DNA of 64,000 bases from assembly GCA_977020255.1 (NCBI GenBank), contig CDROCS010003176.1, forward strand, positions 124,001 through 188,000, read 5' to 3'. The translations under genes were made by a program, and so were the position numbers. This stretch comes from Obrimoposthia wandeli. Its lineage: Eukaryota. Position 1 is the stretch's first letter. Each line of letters opens with the position of its first letter. Positions 1 through 9,674 of the stretch are shown piece after piece. The notes below the pieces were generated by a model. The model was not told the origin of the DNA. It did not search any database and saw only the letters and a program-made list of their open reading frames with translations.

Positions 1-12
1 AAAGAAAAAGTA

Positions 13-459
13 TTAATTCGTAGCGTGTGATAACCGAATACCATCACGAATATTTAACCCCAGTAAAATAGCATTCGTTGCCCCAGCAATTAATTCAATG
101 GCCTGTACCGTCCAATATACTGAGTCAAATTGACCCGTTGCCGACCAACGCGCTAAAAATATCGCAGCAGGTATAAGAATAACGACACCATTAGCAGCTG
201 CAATTTTCATTCTTTTTTGCTTAACCGCTAATACCCCCAAAACTTTCACGCCATACAGTTTGTTCGCAGTTATTCCCGTCGTCATCATTGCGATAACTAA
301 TAATCCAACACTATATAAAATAGTCTGTTTAACTTGTGCAATGACTTGATGATCACCAAATATATCGGCTAAAAGGCTACTTAAAAAAAAGGAAACGATT
401 AGAAGAAAAGCTATGATCGCTGCTGTTTTATGTATACGTTTCATTATTACCCTATTCAT
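13..459 (-). CDS. Hypothetical membrane protein (about 4 TM segments)
   Basis: 148-aa ORF with several hydrophobic stretches, downstream of and co-oriented with the cytochrome c' gene. Confidence 0.7.
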   Translation of the reverse strand: MNRVIMKRIHKTAAIIAFLLIVSFFLSSLLADIFGDHQVIAQVKQTILYSVGLLVIAMMTTGITANKLYGVKVLGVLAVKQKRMKIAAANGVVILIPAAIFLARWSATGQFDSVYWTVQAIELIAGATNAILLGLNIRDGIRLSHATN

Positions 460-527
460 AATATCCCCTTACTGTTTTGCCTTAATGTAAACCTTAGTAC
501 GACGCTTAAAATAAATTGAAATAAACC

Positions 528-1007
528 TTACCAAGCCGAACGATACTGCCTATGGCAACCTTTACACGTTCCATTTACTTGCTTTAATCCTCGCTTTACC
601 AATGTTGTATCTTCACGCACAACTCCATCAAGCATATCGGCGTACCCTTGTTCCATCTGTGCCATAAAAGTATTGAACTTTGCGGGTTTACTCCATATTG
701 ATGATTTGGCGCGGCTACCAGCATCACTCTCTTTTGGAAACGCGCCTTGTAACTCGATAGCAGCCTGATGACTACTAACAGCTAATGCACTTACTTGGCC
801 CCAATCGACAATATCGGCATTTAAAGTGCTATTAAGCGGCTTCATATTTTGGTCTATCGTTTTAAAATTTTGCTGACGAGCTTCGATTACTTGCTTATTA
901 CTTTCTTCACTATTCGCTATTGCAGCCACACTGACACTTCCCAGCACCATCGCGAATCCAAATTTGATAATTTTCGGCAGACACTTCGCTATTGTTTGAG
1001 TAGACAT
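528..1007 (-). CDS. Class II cytochrome c (cytochrome c'/c556)
   Basis: Signal peptide; C-terminal heme motif CKGCH; ARQQNF and SSIWSKPAKF segments typical of the class. Confidence 0.85.
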   Translation of the reverse strand: MSTQTIAKCLPKIIKFGFAMVLGSVSVAAIANSEESNKQVIEARQQNFKTIDQNMKPLNSTLNADIVDWGQVSALAVSSHQAAIELQGAFPKESDAGSRAKSSIWSKPAKFNTFMAQMEQGYADMLDGVVREDTTLVKRGLKQVNGTCKGCHRQYRSAW

Positions 1008-1075
1008 TTTTTATCCTCTTTTCGTAAATAATCAGTACATGTATTAGGAACGATTGGTTAATCCCTCGACTTGCT

Positions 1076-1127
1076 GTTAATTTACACTGCAACTGTTGCT
1101 CGAGCAACAGTTGCAGTGTAAATTAAC
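1076..1127. repeat. 52-bp perfect palindrome (26-bp arms, no loop) between divergent cytochrome genes
   Basis: GTTAATTTACACTGCAACTGTTGCTC|GAGCAACAGTTGCAGTGTAAATTAAC, checked base by base. Confidence 0.95.
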
Positions 1128-1153
1128 TGGGAATTCATTAACGGAACATTTTT

Positions 1154-1816
1154 ATGAAAGTATGGGATTTACCAACACGCTTATACCATTGGCTTCAAGC
1201 GCTATTATGCTTAGGGTTATTAATGTCAGGGTTTAGTGGAAATGGTCCACATGAAATGATCGGTATAGCGTTGCTTGTTTTAGTCTTGTGGCGTTTCTGC
1301 TGGGGAATTATCGGCAGTGACACGAGCCGGTTCAGGTACTTCTTACGCTCACCAATTACAGTGTGGTATTACTTAACTGGTAAATTTAAACATACCATTG
1401 GTCACAACCCTGCTGGCGGCTGGATGGTTATCACCCTACTAACCTTCTTATTAATTCAAAGCTTTACGGGTTTTATTCTGATGGGAGTATTCGAAATATG
1501 GATAAATGAATCGTCAATATTCGCTGATAGTGACTTGATAGGGTTTGTTCATGCATTATCGGCTCGTTTACTGATTGCTCTAATAGGCTTACATTTATTA
1601 GCAATCATTGCTTATAAGCTGAAACATGTTCCTTTAGTCAAAGCCATGTTTACAGGAAAGCAATCAACCAGCGCAGAGCTTAACAAGACAACAAATTCAA
1701 CCCAAGCAACAAGCTCAGATGGGGTTGTATTTAAACAAAATAGACTAGCATTTTGCTGCTTTTTAATCTGTATAGGGGTCGTGTATTCATTGTTACAGAT
1801 GACGGGGTTCGTGTAG
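1154..1816 (+). CDS. Cytochrome b/b6-domain membrane protein (Ni/Fe-hydrogenase b-type-like)
   Basis: KVWDLPTRLYHW start, GHNPAGGWMV, His ligands in TM helices, AMFTG motif. Confidence 0.85.
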   Translation: MKVWDLPTRLYHWLQALLCLGLLMSGFSGNGPHEMIGIALLVLVLWRFCWGIIGSDTSRFRYFLRSPITVWYYLTGKFKHTIGHNPAGGWMVITLLTFLLIQSFTGFILMGVFEIWINESSIFADSDLIGFVHALSARLLIALIGLHLLAIIAYKLKHVPLVKAMFTGKQSTSAELNKTTNSTQATSSDGVVFKQNRLAFCCFLICIGVVYSLLQMTGFV

Positions 1817-1909
1817 TAATACGATGGCATTTAATATGGCTTATCATCCACTTATTCCTTATAGTACAGGTAGTGATTTCACCTATAACTCAGAAGATAG
1901 AACATAATA

Positions 1910-2344
1910 ATGAGTACATCATTCGAACGTGAATCAAGCCTTGGTTGGCTCATTAATGTGGTTGCCAACAAACTAAAAAATGATTTTGATACTGAGCTCA
2001 AAAAACACGGTTTAACCATCGCACTCTGGCCAACACTTATGTGCCTATGGGAAGAAGAAGGTATAACTCAGCGAGAAATTGCCATCAAGTCTAAAGTTGA
2101 AAGTTCGACAACAACACGTACTATCGACAAACTTGAACGACTAAATTTAGTCGAACGCCGAAATGATCCATTAAGTCGTCGTTCATTTCGTATTTATCTA
2201 ACAGATGAAGGTCGTGCGTTACAAAGCACACTTATCCATATACCCGTTGATATAAATGAATCGATATTGTCATCTCTGAATAGTGAAGAGCAACAACACA
2301 TGCTCAACATACTTAAAAAGCTAGTTAACAATATTGATGTTTAA
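1910..2344 (+). CDS. MarR family transcriptional regulator
   Basis: wHTH segment TTTRTIDKLERLNLVERRNDPLSRRSFRIYLTDEGR. Confidence 0.9.
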   Translation: MSTSFERESSLGWLINVVANKLKNDFDTELKKHGLTIALWPTLMCLWEEEGITQREIAIKSKVESSTTTRTIDKLERLNLVERRNDPLSRRSFRIYLTDEGRALQSTLIHIPVDINESILSSLNSEEQQHMLNILKKLVNNIDV

Positions 2345-2494
2345 TCGGTGTGAATAAGGTAGTCGTAAGTCACTGATTTGAAATTACACTGTTTATTTTT
2401 CAACCACCTAAATAGCCTGAATATAGTATTGCTTTAAACAGCCTCACCGCTACTTTATGATGCCCTACTCTGAAACCCCAAGGACAAACACTCG

Positions 2495-2860
2495 ATGAAA
2501 CAAATCAACATTGCACCTAACTCACAAATTGCAGTAATTTTCAAAGGCTGGGCGGCTGATTGGGCTAAAGATGTTCAATCCGATAAAAAAGATATGGCGA
2601 AGAAGTTTCATACTGTTTACAACATTGCAGGTGAGCTATTTACTAAAGGTGGCGAAGTAGAAGCATCATTTGTTTCTGCGCTATTTAACGACTGTAAGAA
2701 AAAATCAGATATGGCGGAAGCCATGAACCAAAAAGTAGTCGCAAGCCTTCAAGATGATGATGAGCTCGCTCAAAAGATCATCGCCAAAGTGAATGCCGCA
2801 GCACAAGATGCAGCCTTTGTTGTAAACCATCTTGGGCAGATTTTACTTCAATCGGCTTAA
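2495..2860 (+). CDS. Hypothetical protein
   Basis: 121-aa ORF with AAGGA RBS; helical, no recognised motif. Confidence 0.65.
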   Translation: MKQINIAPNSQIAVIFKGWAADWAKDVQSDKKDMAKKFHTVYNIAGELFTKGGEVEASFVSALFNDCKKKSDMAEAMNQKVVASLQDDDELAQKIIAKVNAAAQDAAFVVNHLGQILLQSA

Positions 2861-3064
2861 CCAATACTGGCATTGCATCACACTAGCAAATGCCACGAAA
2901 GCCAAGTACAGCGGTAGTTATTATATCCCCCTTCAAACACAAGAAGGCACAGACTACGCACTACCGCTGTTATCCCTGCTGCATTCACTTTTTCTTTGCT
3001 TGCTATCACTCGAATATACGCGGTAACTTATCTTTATAGGCTCGTTTATAAATAGGATAAGTGC

Positions 3065-3592
3065 ATGTCGGCATCTCTCGAAATTATTCAACTCGGTAAT
3101 CCGCTTTTACGCGTTCCAGCCGAAGCCTTATCAGCAACAGACATTAACGTCGCATTACCTCTGCTTGCATCGCTTGAACAGATTATGCTTTCACACCAAG
3201 GCGTAGGTATTGCTGCACCACAAGTTGGTGAGCCACTTCGTGCCTTTATTGTCGCATCTCGCCCTAATGATCGTTACCCACATGCGCCATTGATGGAACC
3301 AACCATAATGATCAATCCTGAACTATTATGGCATAGTGAAGAGATGAAAAAAGACTGGGAAGGTTGTTTAAGCATTCCGGGAATTAGAGCAAAGGTAAAT
3401 CGCTATACACACATACGAGTACGTTATCTAACTATCTCTGGTAATGTCGTTGAAACAGAATTTACTGGCTTTATTGCGAGAATATTCCAGCACGAGCTCG
3501 ATCATTTAGAGGGTATTGTCTTCCTTGATCGAGCAGACAAACTCGATGTCGCAACAGAGGCGGAATATAGAAAAGTGATGGGCCTAGATTAA
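3065..3592 (+). CDS. def: Peptide deformylase (stand-alone paralog, no fmt)
   Basis: All three PDF motifs: GVGIAAPQ, EGCLS, QHELDH. Confidence 0.95.
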   Translation: MSASLEIIQLGNPLLRVPAEALSATDINVALPLLASLEQIMLSHQGVGIAAPQVGEPLRAFIVASRPNDRYPHAPLMEPTIMINPELLWHSEEMKKDWEGCLSIPGIRAKVNRYTHIRVRYLTISGNVVETEFTGFIARIFQHELDHLEGIVFLDRADKLDVATEAEYRKVMGLD

Positions 3593-3651
3593 TGACAGTC
3601 GGTATATTCTTATAACCTCAATCGCTGACTATTGCGTTATTTATCAGTTTA

Positions 3652-3667
3652 TGTGAAATGCATTACA
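3652..3667. promoter_or_regulatory. Putative CRP site upstream of rihA
   Basis: TGTGA-AATGCA-TTACA vs TGTGA-N6-TCACA; a second half-match lies at 3721-3736. Confidence 0.45.
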
Positions 3668-3806
3668 TAACGTAAGATCGAAAATGCATCTCTAACCCCA
3701 TGATTTAAATGATGTGTTATTGCTAATTAGATCACAGTAGATTTAATTATTCTCGATATAGTGATGTCATGATTTATTTATAATTTCGCTTAAAAAGGAA
3801 AATAAC

Positions 3807-4739
3807 ATGTCTCGCCCTATCATTATCGATTGTGATCCTGGTCATGACGATGCGATCGCACTTATTCTGGCTTGTGCTAGCCCAGAGCTTGATATAAAAG
3901 CGGTTACTACCAGTGCTGGTAATCAAACCCCCGAAAAAACCCTGCATAATGCATTACGCATTCTTACGTTAGTGGGCAGAACAGACATTCCCGTCGCCGG
4001 TGGTGCGCTACAGCCCCTTTCTCGTGATTTAATTATTGCAGATAACGTACACGGTGAAACCGGATTAGACGGGCCAATATTACCTGAACCTGCATTTGTT
4101 CCACAGTCCTGCCACGCCGTTGAGCTAATGGCTAAAATACTGGCAGAAGCAACAGAACCCGTCACGCTTGTACCTACTGGCCCTCTTACTAATATTGCCT
4201 TATTACTGGCGACCCACCGTGAACTGCACAGTCAAATTGATAGCATTATATTAATGGGTGGCGCAGCGGAAGTCGGTAATTGGACCCCAGCAGCTGAATT
4301 TAATATTTACGTTGATCCCGAAGCGGCCGATATCGTTTTTAAATCAGGTATTCCCATCACGATGTGCGGGTTAGATGTTACCCACAGAGCGCAAATCATG
4401 GATGAAGATATCGAGAGAATTCGTAAGATAAACAATCCAGTCGCTAGAGTGACTGCTGAATTACTTGATTTCTTTATGATTTATCATCGCGATCCAAAAT
4501 GGGGATTTGAAGGGGCGCCTTTGCATGATCCTTGCACCATTGCTTGGCTACTAGAACCAGAATTGTTTGCATCTATAAATTGCTGGGTAGGCATCGAAAC
4601 ACAAGGAACCCATACACTAGGTATGACAGTCGTCGATCGCTATCAGCTAACCGATAACCCAATAAATACAACAGTGCTGTTTGATGTGAACCGTCAAGGT
4701 TTTGTCGACTTATTAGCAGAACGTCTGGCTAACTACTGA
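3807..4739 (+). CDS. rihA: Pyrimidine-specific ribonucleoside hydrolase
   Basis: [33 protein letters not shown] and PLHDPC motifs. Confidence 0.9.
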   Translation: MSRPIIIDCDPGHDDAIALILACASPELDIKAVTTSAGNQTPEKTLHNALRILTLVGRTDIPVAGGALQPLSRDLIIADNVHGETGLDGPILPEPAFVPQSCHAVELMAKILAEATEPVTLVPTGPLTNIALLLATHRELHSQIDSIILMGGAAEVGNWTPAAEFNIYVDPEAADIVFKSGIPITMCGLDVTHRAQIMDEDIERIRKINNPVARVTAELLDFFMIYHRDPKWGFEGAPLHDPCTIAWLLEPELFASINCWVGIETQGTHTLGMTVVDRYQLTDNPINTTVLFDVNRQGFVDLLAERLANY

Positions 4740-4838
4740 TTAAGCATCAAGAAGGAAAATGCCTCTGCTTAATCATTTATAATAAAAAATAGCAGAGAGC
4801 TTTTCTTTGAAAAAATCAGGGTACAAGGCATCTGAAAA

Positions 4839-5453
4839 TTAATACACAACGCTTAAATTACTGGCTTTAAAATCAGTGATGTTTTGCACGGCTTCAGCAC
4901 CACAGTCGCAAGCATTATTATTTAAATGGCCTGTCGGTTTAACTTCGTTACAGCTTGCGCAGTAACTAAAATATTCATTAGAGCCTAATGATACTATCAA
5001 AGCATTGATTGCCTCTAATATCTCATGTTCTTGATAACGCCCAATGGTTTTCCAACGATAAATAGGTTTTGATAAATGAGTTCCAACAACAGAACAAATA
5101 CGTATATCGATGGTATTGAAACGATCGCCAATAAACGGCTTATCCTCTTTCGTCAGTTCCTGACCGTTGAAGAAGTCAATATCTGTTGCAGAGCCCATGC
5201 GGGCATAGGGATAATCGCAGTGGAAAAATTCTAAAGACAAGTATTGATCCCTTTCAACCGTTTGCTCTATCAACTGACTTTCAATATAAACCAATGCACC
5301 CAGCCTTAGATTTTCATCTAAACAGACATAGCCTTGGCTCAATACATCTAACGTCTGCTTCAATTGGTTGCGAGATATTTCCACACTTGTTCCTATTTTG
5401 TTATGCCCATCCTTGAATAAGTCATGCGTTATTTCTTCCAATGGAATAAGCAT
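4839..5453 (-). CDS. Hypothetical protein with C-terminal CxxC...CxC cluster
   Basis: 204-aa ORF ending ...YCASCNEVKPTGHLNNNACDCG; divergent from the WYL gene. Confidence 0.7.
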   Translation of the reverse strand: MLIPLEEITHDLFKDGHNKIGTSVEISRNQLKQTLDVLSQGYVCLDENLRLGALVYIESQLIEQTVERDQYLSLEFFHCDYPYARMGSATDIDFFNGQELTKEDKPFIGDRFNTIDIRICSVVGTHLSKPIYRWKTIGRYQEHEILEAINALIVSLGSNEYFSYCASCNEVKPTGHLNNNACDCGAEAVQNITDFKASNLSVVY

Positions 5454-5481
5454 TCACCGACGTAAAGTAACACTTTTTAAG

Positions 5482-5507
5482 TTGACACTTTAAGTCAATA
5501 TATTGAC
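5482..5507. promoter_or_regulatory. Overlapping inverted repeats, candidate WYL-regulator operator
   Basis: TTGAC-N7-GTCAA (5482-5498) and perfect GTCAATATATTGAC (5494-5507), overlapping two TTGACA hexamers. Confidence 0.45.
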
Positions 5508-5693
5508 AATCTTGAGTTTGTTAATTATATCATATTCTTAATATAATATAACTTCTATAAGCATTTGTAACAATTTTTTGAACATCATATTGGCAATAAA
5601 TAATAACAAAGAAATTTTTGAATTTTTTACAGTATTGCATCTACTGATTTTAGGTATATAGTGGCGATTAACAAAACCACTGGATAAATAACC

Positions 5694-6605
5694 ATGACTT
5701 TTCAACGTCACGAACAGCCGCGAGATATTCTTCAAAAGCTAAACACCATTGGTTCAGCTCAACGAGAACGTTTGGCATTTATTGATTTTGCATTGTATTT
5801 TTTTGGTGAGGTCACACGTAAAAATTTGATAGACAGGTTTGCAGTGGGTCACGCAGCAACAACGCGTGATTTAGCCTTATATAAAGAAATTTTGCCAGAC
5901 AATCTAAAGTTAGATATGCGATCGAAGAAATACTATAAACAAAATGCCTTCTCGCCAATGTTTACACTCGATCTAGAAAAAACGCTAGCGACAGTGTCTT
6001 TAGGTTATGGTGATGGATTTTCTGGCCATCAAGCGTTTCCAATCTGCTGTGAATCACCCCAATTACTCACCCTACCAAAAACACCAATTATGGCGGTATT
6101 ATGTGAAGGGATTTATAGAAACAAATTAATTGACGTAGAATACATTTCAACTTCCAGTGGTAAATCACGCCGTATTATCGCGCCACACAGTCTTGTTGAT
6201 TCGGGGAATCGCTGGCATGTGCGTTCGTTTGATCGCAAAAATGAGCGCTTTATGGATGTGGTATGTAATCGTGTTGTCAGTGCAAACATACTCATTGATG
6301 AACCACATAACCACGAGCTGATTACTGAAGATCGCCAGTGGCAAAAATTTATTGACCTAGAATTAACCCCCCACCCTGAGCAAAAAAACTCTGAAGCTAT
6401 CGAGCTAGATTATGAAATGGTGGATGGAAAAAGAGTCATTGAAACTCGCGCAGCTTTAGCGGGTTATTTACTTCGTAAATGGGAAGTAGATTGCAGTAAA
6501 GATAGAAGCTTGCATAAAACCGTAGGATACCAGCTGGCATTAGGAAATCATCAAGCCTTATACCAAGTTAATAGCGCAACATTAGCTCCAGGGTATACCG
6601 CTTAA
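5694..6605 (+). CDS. WYL-domain transcriptional regulator (CapW/BrxR-like wHTH-WYL-WCX)
   Basis: RLAFIDF...TRDLALYKE wHTH; RIIAPHSLVDSGNRWHVRSFD WYL; LAGYLLRKWEVDCS WCX. Confidence 0.9.
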   Translation: MTFQRHEQPRDILQKLNTIGSAQRERLAFIDFALYFFGEVTRKNLIDRFAVGHAATTRDLALYKEILPDNLKLDMRSKKYYKQNAFSPMFTLDLEKTLATVSLGYGDGFSGHQAFPICCESPQLLTLPKTPIMAVLCEGIYRNKLIDVEYISTSSGKSRRIIAPHSLVDSGNRWHVRSFDRKNERFMDVVCNRVVSANILIDEPHNHELITEDRQWQKFIDLELTPHPEQKNSEAIELDYEMVDGKRVIETRAALAGYLLRKWEVDCSKDRSLHKTVGYQLALGNHQALYQVNSATLAPGYTA

Positions 6606-6644
6606 ATAAAGTTAGTTAATCAGCCAAAGGCCAACCAATATAAA

Positions 6645-6671
6645 TAAAAAAGCCGCTAAAAAAAGCGGCTT
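6645..6671 (-). terminator. Rho-independent terminator between convergent genes
   Basis: AAGCCGCT/AGCGGCTT stem; the A-run gives a U-tract on the minus strand. Confidence 0.7.
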
Positions 6672-6700
6672 GATTAAGGCAAATTTATAACATTGAATGA

Positions 6701-7030
6701 TTATTTTGGTATGTTGAAATTTTTATCGTTTGAGCAAGTAAATGTATAATAATTACTCCGCTCGGTGAACACAGCAAAACCTAGTCCTAAACAATAAGCA
6801 CCGTTTAATTCATGCATATAAGCTAATGTATCTTGATTTTTTACCACAAAATAGCTGTCGTTTTCACAGATAACACGGATTTTACCATCATCACCTTGAG
6901 AAAATGCCTTAACCTTTGTACCGCATAAAGTATAGCTTACATCAACGTAATCATCTGCTTGCTGATCAACCGACTTGGAACAACCTGTAAGTACGAATAG
7001 CGCAACAATAACACTGAGCAATGATTTCAC
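6701..7030 (-). CDS. Lipoprotein of unknown function
   Basis: GTG start with GGAG RBS; lipobox LTGC; two further Cys pairs. Confidence 0.8.
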   Translation of the reverse strand: MKSLLSVIVALFVLTGCSKSVDQQADDYVDVSYTLCGTKVKAFSQGDDGKIRVICENDSYFVVKNQDTLAYMHELNGAYCLGLGFAVFTERSNYYTFTCSNDKNFNIPK

Positions 7031-7052
7031 TGACCCTCTCCTAATTATCTAA

Positions 7053-7114
7053 TATCCCAAGTTACTTCAAGATGTAGGATAATAAATCCCCACAGAACAA
7101 GTCTCTTAGGTATA
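7053..7114. mobile_element. Short (about 62 bp) degenerate ERIC-like MITE derivative
   Basis: TATCCCAAGTTACTTCAAGATGTAGG matches the left TIR of the 50292 element; ends TTAGGTATA. Confidence 0.55.
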
Positions 7115-7182
7115 AGTGTAATAGCAGAAAAAACTTTCGCAAAAAAATACTGTTAAGCTTCACTTTTTTATCACTTTTTTGC

Positions 7183-7671
7183 TTAACCATTCATCTTACG
7201 TTTTTCATCAATACGTCGACGATGCCAAATGGAATAATGGCGCAAACCAGCAGGACCATGAGAGATAAAAACTGACATCACTAATATAGTGATAAAAAGC
7301 TCAGGCTTGTGTTGTGGTATTACCCAAAAAGACGCTAACAAAATTAGCTTAACAAAGGTAAGCACCCCTTTTAACTGAATAAGCCACAATCGAGAACGCA
7401 AGATCTCCATTAACATCATGATCATGCCTGTCGACATCGCAAGCATCCACCAGCCAACCCATAACGCTTTATCGACACCATACAGAATACCGCCACTAGA
7501 GGCTGCGATTCCTAAAATGTGTAATGCTCTTATCCCCGTTTTCCCTAAACGTTGGGTCCAAAATCGCGCTTCTGACATATCATGTTGTTCATCTTTTCGG
7601 TTACCTTTTCTATGGCCATCAGACGATAAATTACTGTGGCGAGGTTCCTGCTTATTATCTTTGTTTGTCAT
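7183..7671 (-). CDS. Hypothetical membrane protein
   Basis: 162 aa; hydrophilic N-terminus then about 4 TM helices. Confidence 0.75.
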   Translation of the reverse strand: MTNKDNKQEPRHSNLSSDGHRKGNRKDEQHDMSEARFWTQRLGKTGIRALHILGIAASSGGILYGVDKALWVGWWMLAMSTGMIMMLMEILRSRLWLIQLKGVLTFVKLILLASFWVIPQHKPELFITILVMSVFISHGPAGLRHYSIWHRRRIDEKRKMNG

Positions 7672-7780
7672 TGCATCATCATTGCTGGTTGTTGAGCGCT
7701 AAGAATAACGGATAGCGATAAAAGTTGCGATAGGCCTGTATGATCACAAGCTCGCTATGCTTTGACTTAGTATTAAAAGG

Positions 7781-8395
7781 TTACTTATCTGAATTACCTT
7801 GTGCAGATTTAAAATCAGCAATCTGACCGTCGGTAACTAAATAGCAATCCATACCTGCTGCAATAGCGGCAGATCGACCTAATTCTGTATCTTCAAAGAC
7901 AATACAATCTTTGGGTTCGATTCCAATACGCTTAGCGGCTTCTAGAAATGTATCTGGATTGGGCTTATGATTTTCAACATCATTAGACGTAACCACGGCA
8001 TCAAGGTAAGGCATTAGACCCGTTACTTCCAATAACTCATCAGCATGACGACGTTGGCAACCTGTACCAATAGCAATCTTTTTAGATAATGCTTTTTGTT
8101 GCTTTAGCACGTTAAACGTTGCAGGAATGACATCTCCTTTATGGGGAATATCATCAAAAACACGCAGCTTACTTTCGGCTAATAATACCGGATCGCACTC
8201 TAATTGGTATTTCTCATTAATTGCATACGCTGTTTTAATGGTTGGCATTCCGCCTAAGGTATAAAACCATTCCCGATCAAATGGAATATCAAACGCTTCA
8301 CATGTCTCTTTCCATGCATTTAAGTGTGCCGGCATTGAATCGACTAACGTGCCATCCATATCGAAAATAATGCCTTTGTATTTAGCTAAATCCAT
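7781..8395 (-). CDS. HAD-family phosphatase (YqaB/beta-phosphoglucomutase-like)
   Basis: FDMDGTLVDS, HKPNPDTF and VFEDT motifs. Confidence 0.9.
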   Translation of the reverse strand: MDLAKYKGIIFDMDGTLVDSMPAHLNAWKETCEAFDIPFDREWFYTLGGMPTIKTAYAINEKYQLECDPVLLAESKLRVFDDIPHKGDVIPATFNVLKQQKALSKKIAIGTGCQRRHADELLEVTGLMPYLDAVVTSNDVENHKPNPDTFLEAAKRIGIEPKDCIVFEDTELGRSAAIAAGMDCYLVTDGQIADFKSAQGNSDK

Positions 8396-8544
8396 TTATG
8401 TACTCCTCTGCCATTTTGTTTATAGAAACACTTTTCTATAAACACTATGCCTGACTTTACCAACATAACTCAATAAATGTATTTAATATCTTTTTGCTCG
8501 ATTTCACTTATTGTATTGATCCAACACCTGTACAGCTAATGTCA

Positions 8545-8622
8545 TCACCAATTCGATGCTTGCCCCTTTACCGTATCGATAAAGTCTTTTGTTAACTGAT
8601 AACTATAAAAATTTGGCTTCAT
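8545..8622 (-). pseudogene. Fourth, truncated T6SS immunity paralog (25-codon stub)
   Basis: Hand translation MKPNFYSYQLTKDFIDTVK-GQASNW*; first 19 aa match the paralog at 10571; same upstream spacer; homology stops at about 8564. Confidence 0.85.
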
Positions 8623-8688
8623 TGGTCCTTCGAATACAATGTGAATATGATTATGGATATTTTCTATAAAACAGCTGTGCTAGAGCGA

Positions 8689-9598
8689 TTATGCATATTG
8701 ATCATACGCTATCGTATCAGCTGTCATTTCTAGGCTTTTCTTATCGATGGTTACACGGTTAAGTTGAATACCTAACCCTCTCGCTTTATGAAAGAGATTT
8801 ACACCTTCATCGTGCTTTTCTGATACAAACATTTCAATTTCATAACCTACTTTTTTATTAATAAAATCGGTCACATCTTGCATTGAATTATCATTGATAA
8901 TATAAACTAACACTTGAAATAGTTTCAGATATACGTACGATTTCTTTGTTATCATTAAAAACTTGTTCTTTAACAATAATACAAAGCTCATTAGTTTCTT
9001 TAATGACTTCAACGTAAGGTATTGCATCGTAGGGTATTATTTGGTAATAAATATCTCGTTTTACATTTGTTAGATAAAAGCTCATTAATGCGAAGCCACC
9101 AGCGGCAATAAAAATAGCGGGGCCAAAAAATAAGGCTAAGACTATACAGGTAATTGAACCCACCCATCCAACAACTCGTCCTAGCTTGAATAGGAAATCA
9201 GGTTCATTTTTATACCTTTTCGATGCCATGGCCTTATCATCAAAACGATAAAAAAAAATAAATTCAGCAAAAGTCACCCAAACCATAAACCCCATAAAAA
9301 GGGCGGGTATAAGTGAAAAGAAGAACACGGCATCCCAGGCTGGAATAACATTGCCCCAATTGTCTTTATATAAACCACCGCCCCCATACATAAATAAAAA
9401 CGCTAATAAACCTGCTATGTGTTTCATGTATTTAGATGGGCCGTAAAAGGGGGCATCCCAATTTAACGGGTTTTGTGATGATTCAACTTCATTAAACTGA
9501 CCATCTTTTAATTCATCTGTCGCCGCGACGGTGGGGTTGGCCTTTACCGTTTCGATAAACTCTTTTGTTAACTGATAGCTATAAAAATTTGGTTTCAT
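8689..9598 (-). pseudogene. Third T6SS immunity paralog, frameshifted by +1 nt at about 8894-8901
   Basis: ORF 8891-9598 plus the C-terminal half in ORF 8689-9027; 13 nt where the second paralog has 12. Confidence 0.85.
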
Positions 9599-9674
9599 TG
9601 GTTCTTCGTATATTACATGATTAATATTATGGATATTTCTCTATAAACAATCAGTACTAGCGCGATTATGAGCA

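Noticed and set aside
3652-3736. Tandem CRP sites as a CytR-CRP operator
   Set aside because: Centre-to-centre spacing is 69 bp, not the ~53 bp CytR requires.
5482-5493. 12-mer TTGACACTTTAA shared with the sigZ upstream region (about 63795-63806, minus strand) as a common regulator site
   Set aside because: A single AT-rich 12-bp match is expected by chance in 64 kb on two strands.
5538-5735. 65-aa minus-strand ORF in the WYL promoter region
   Set aside because: AT-rich chance frame overlapping the WYL start; no RBS or motif.
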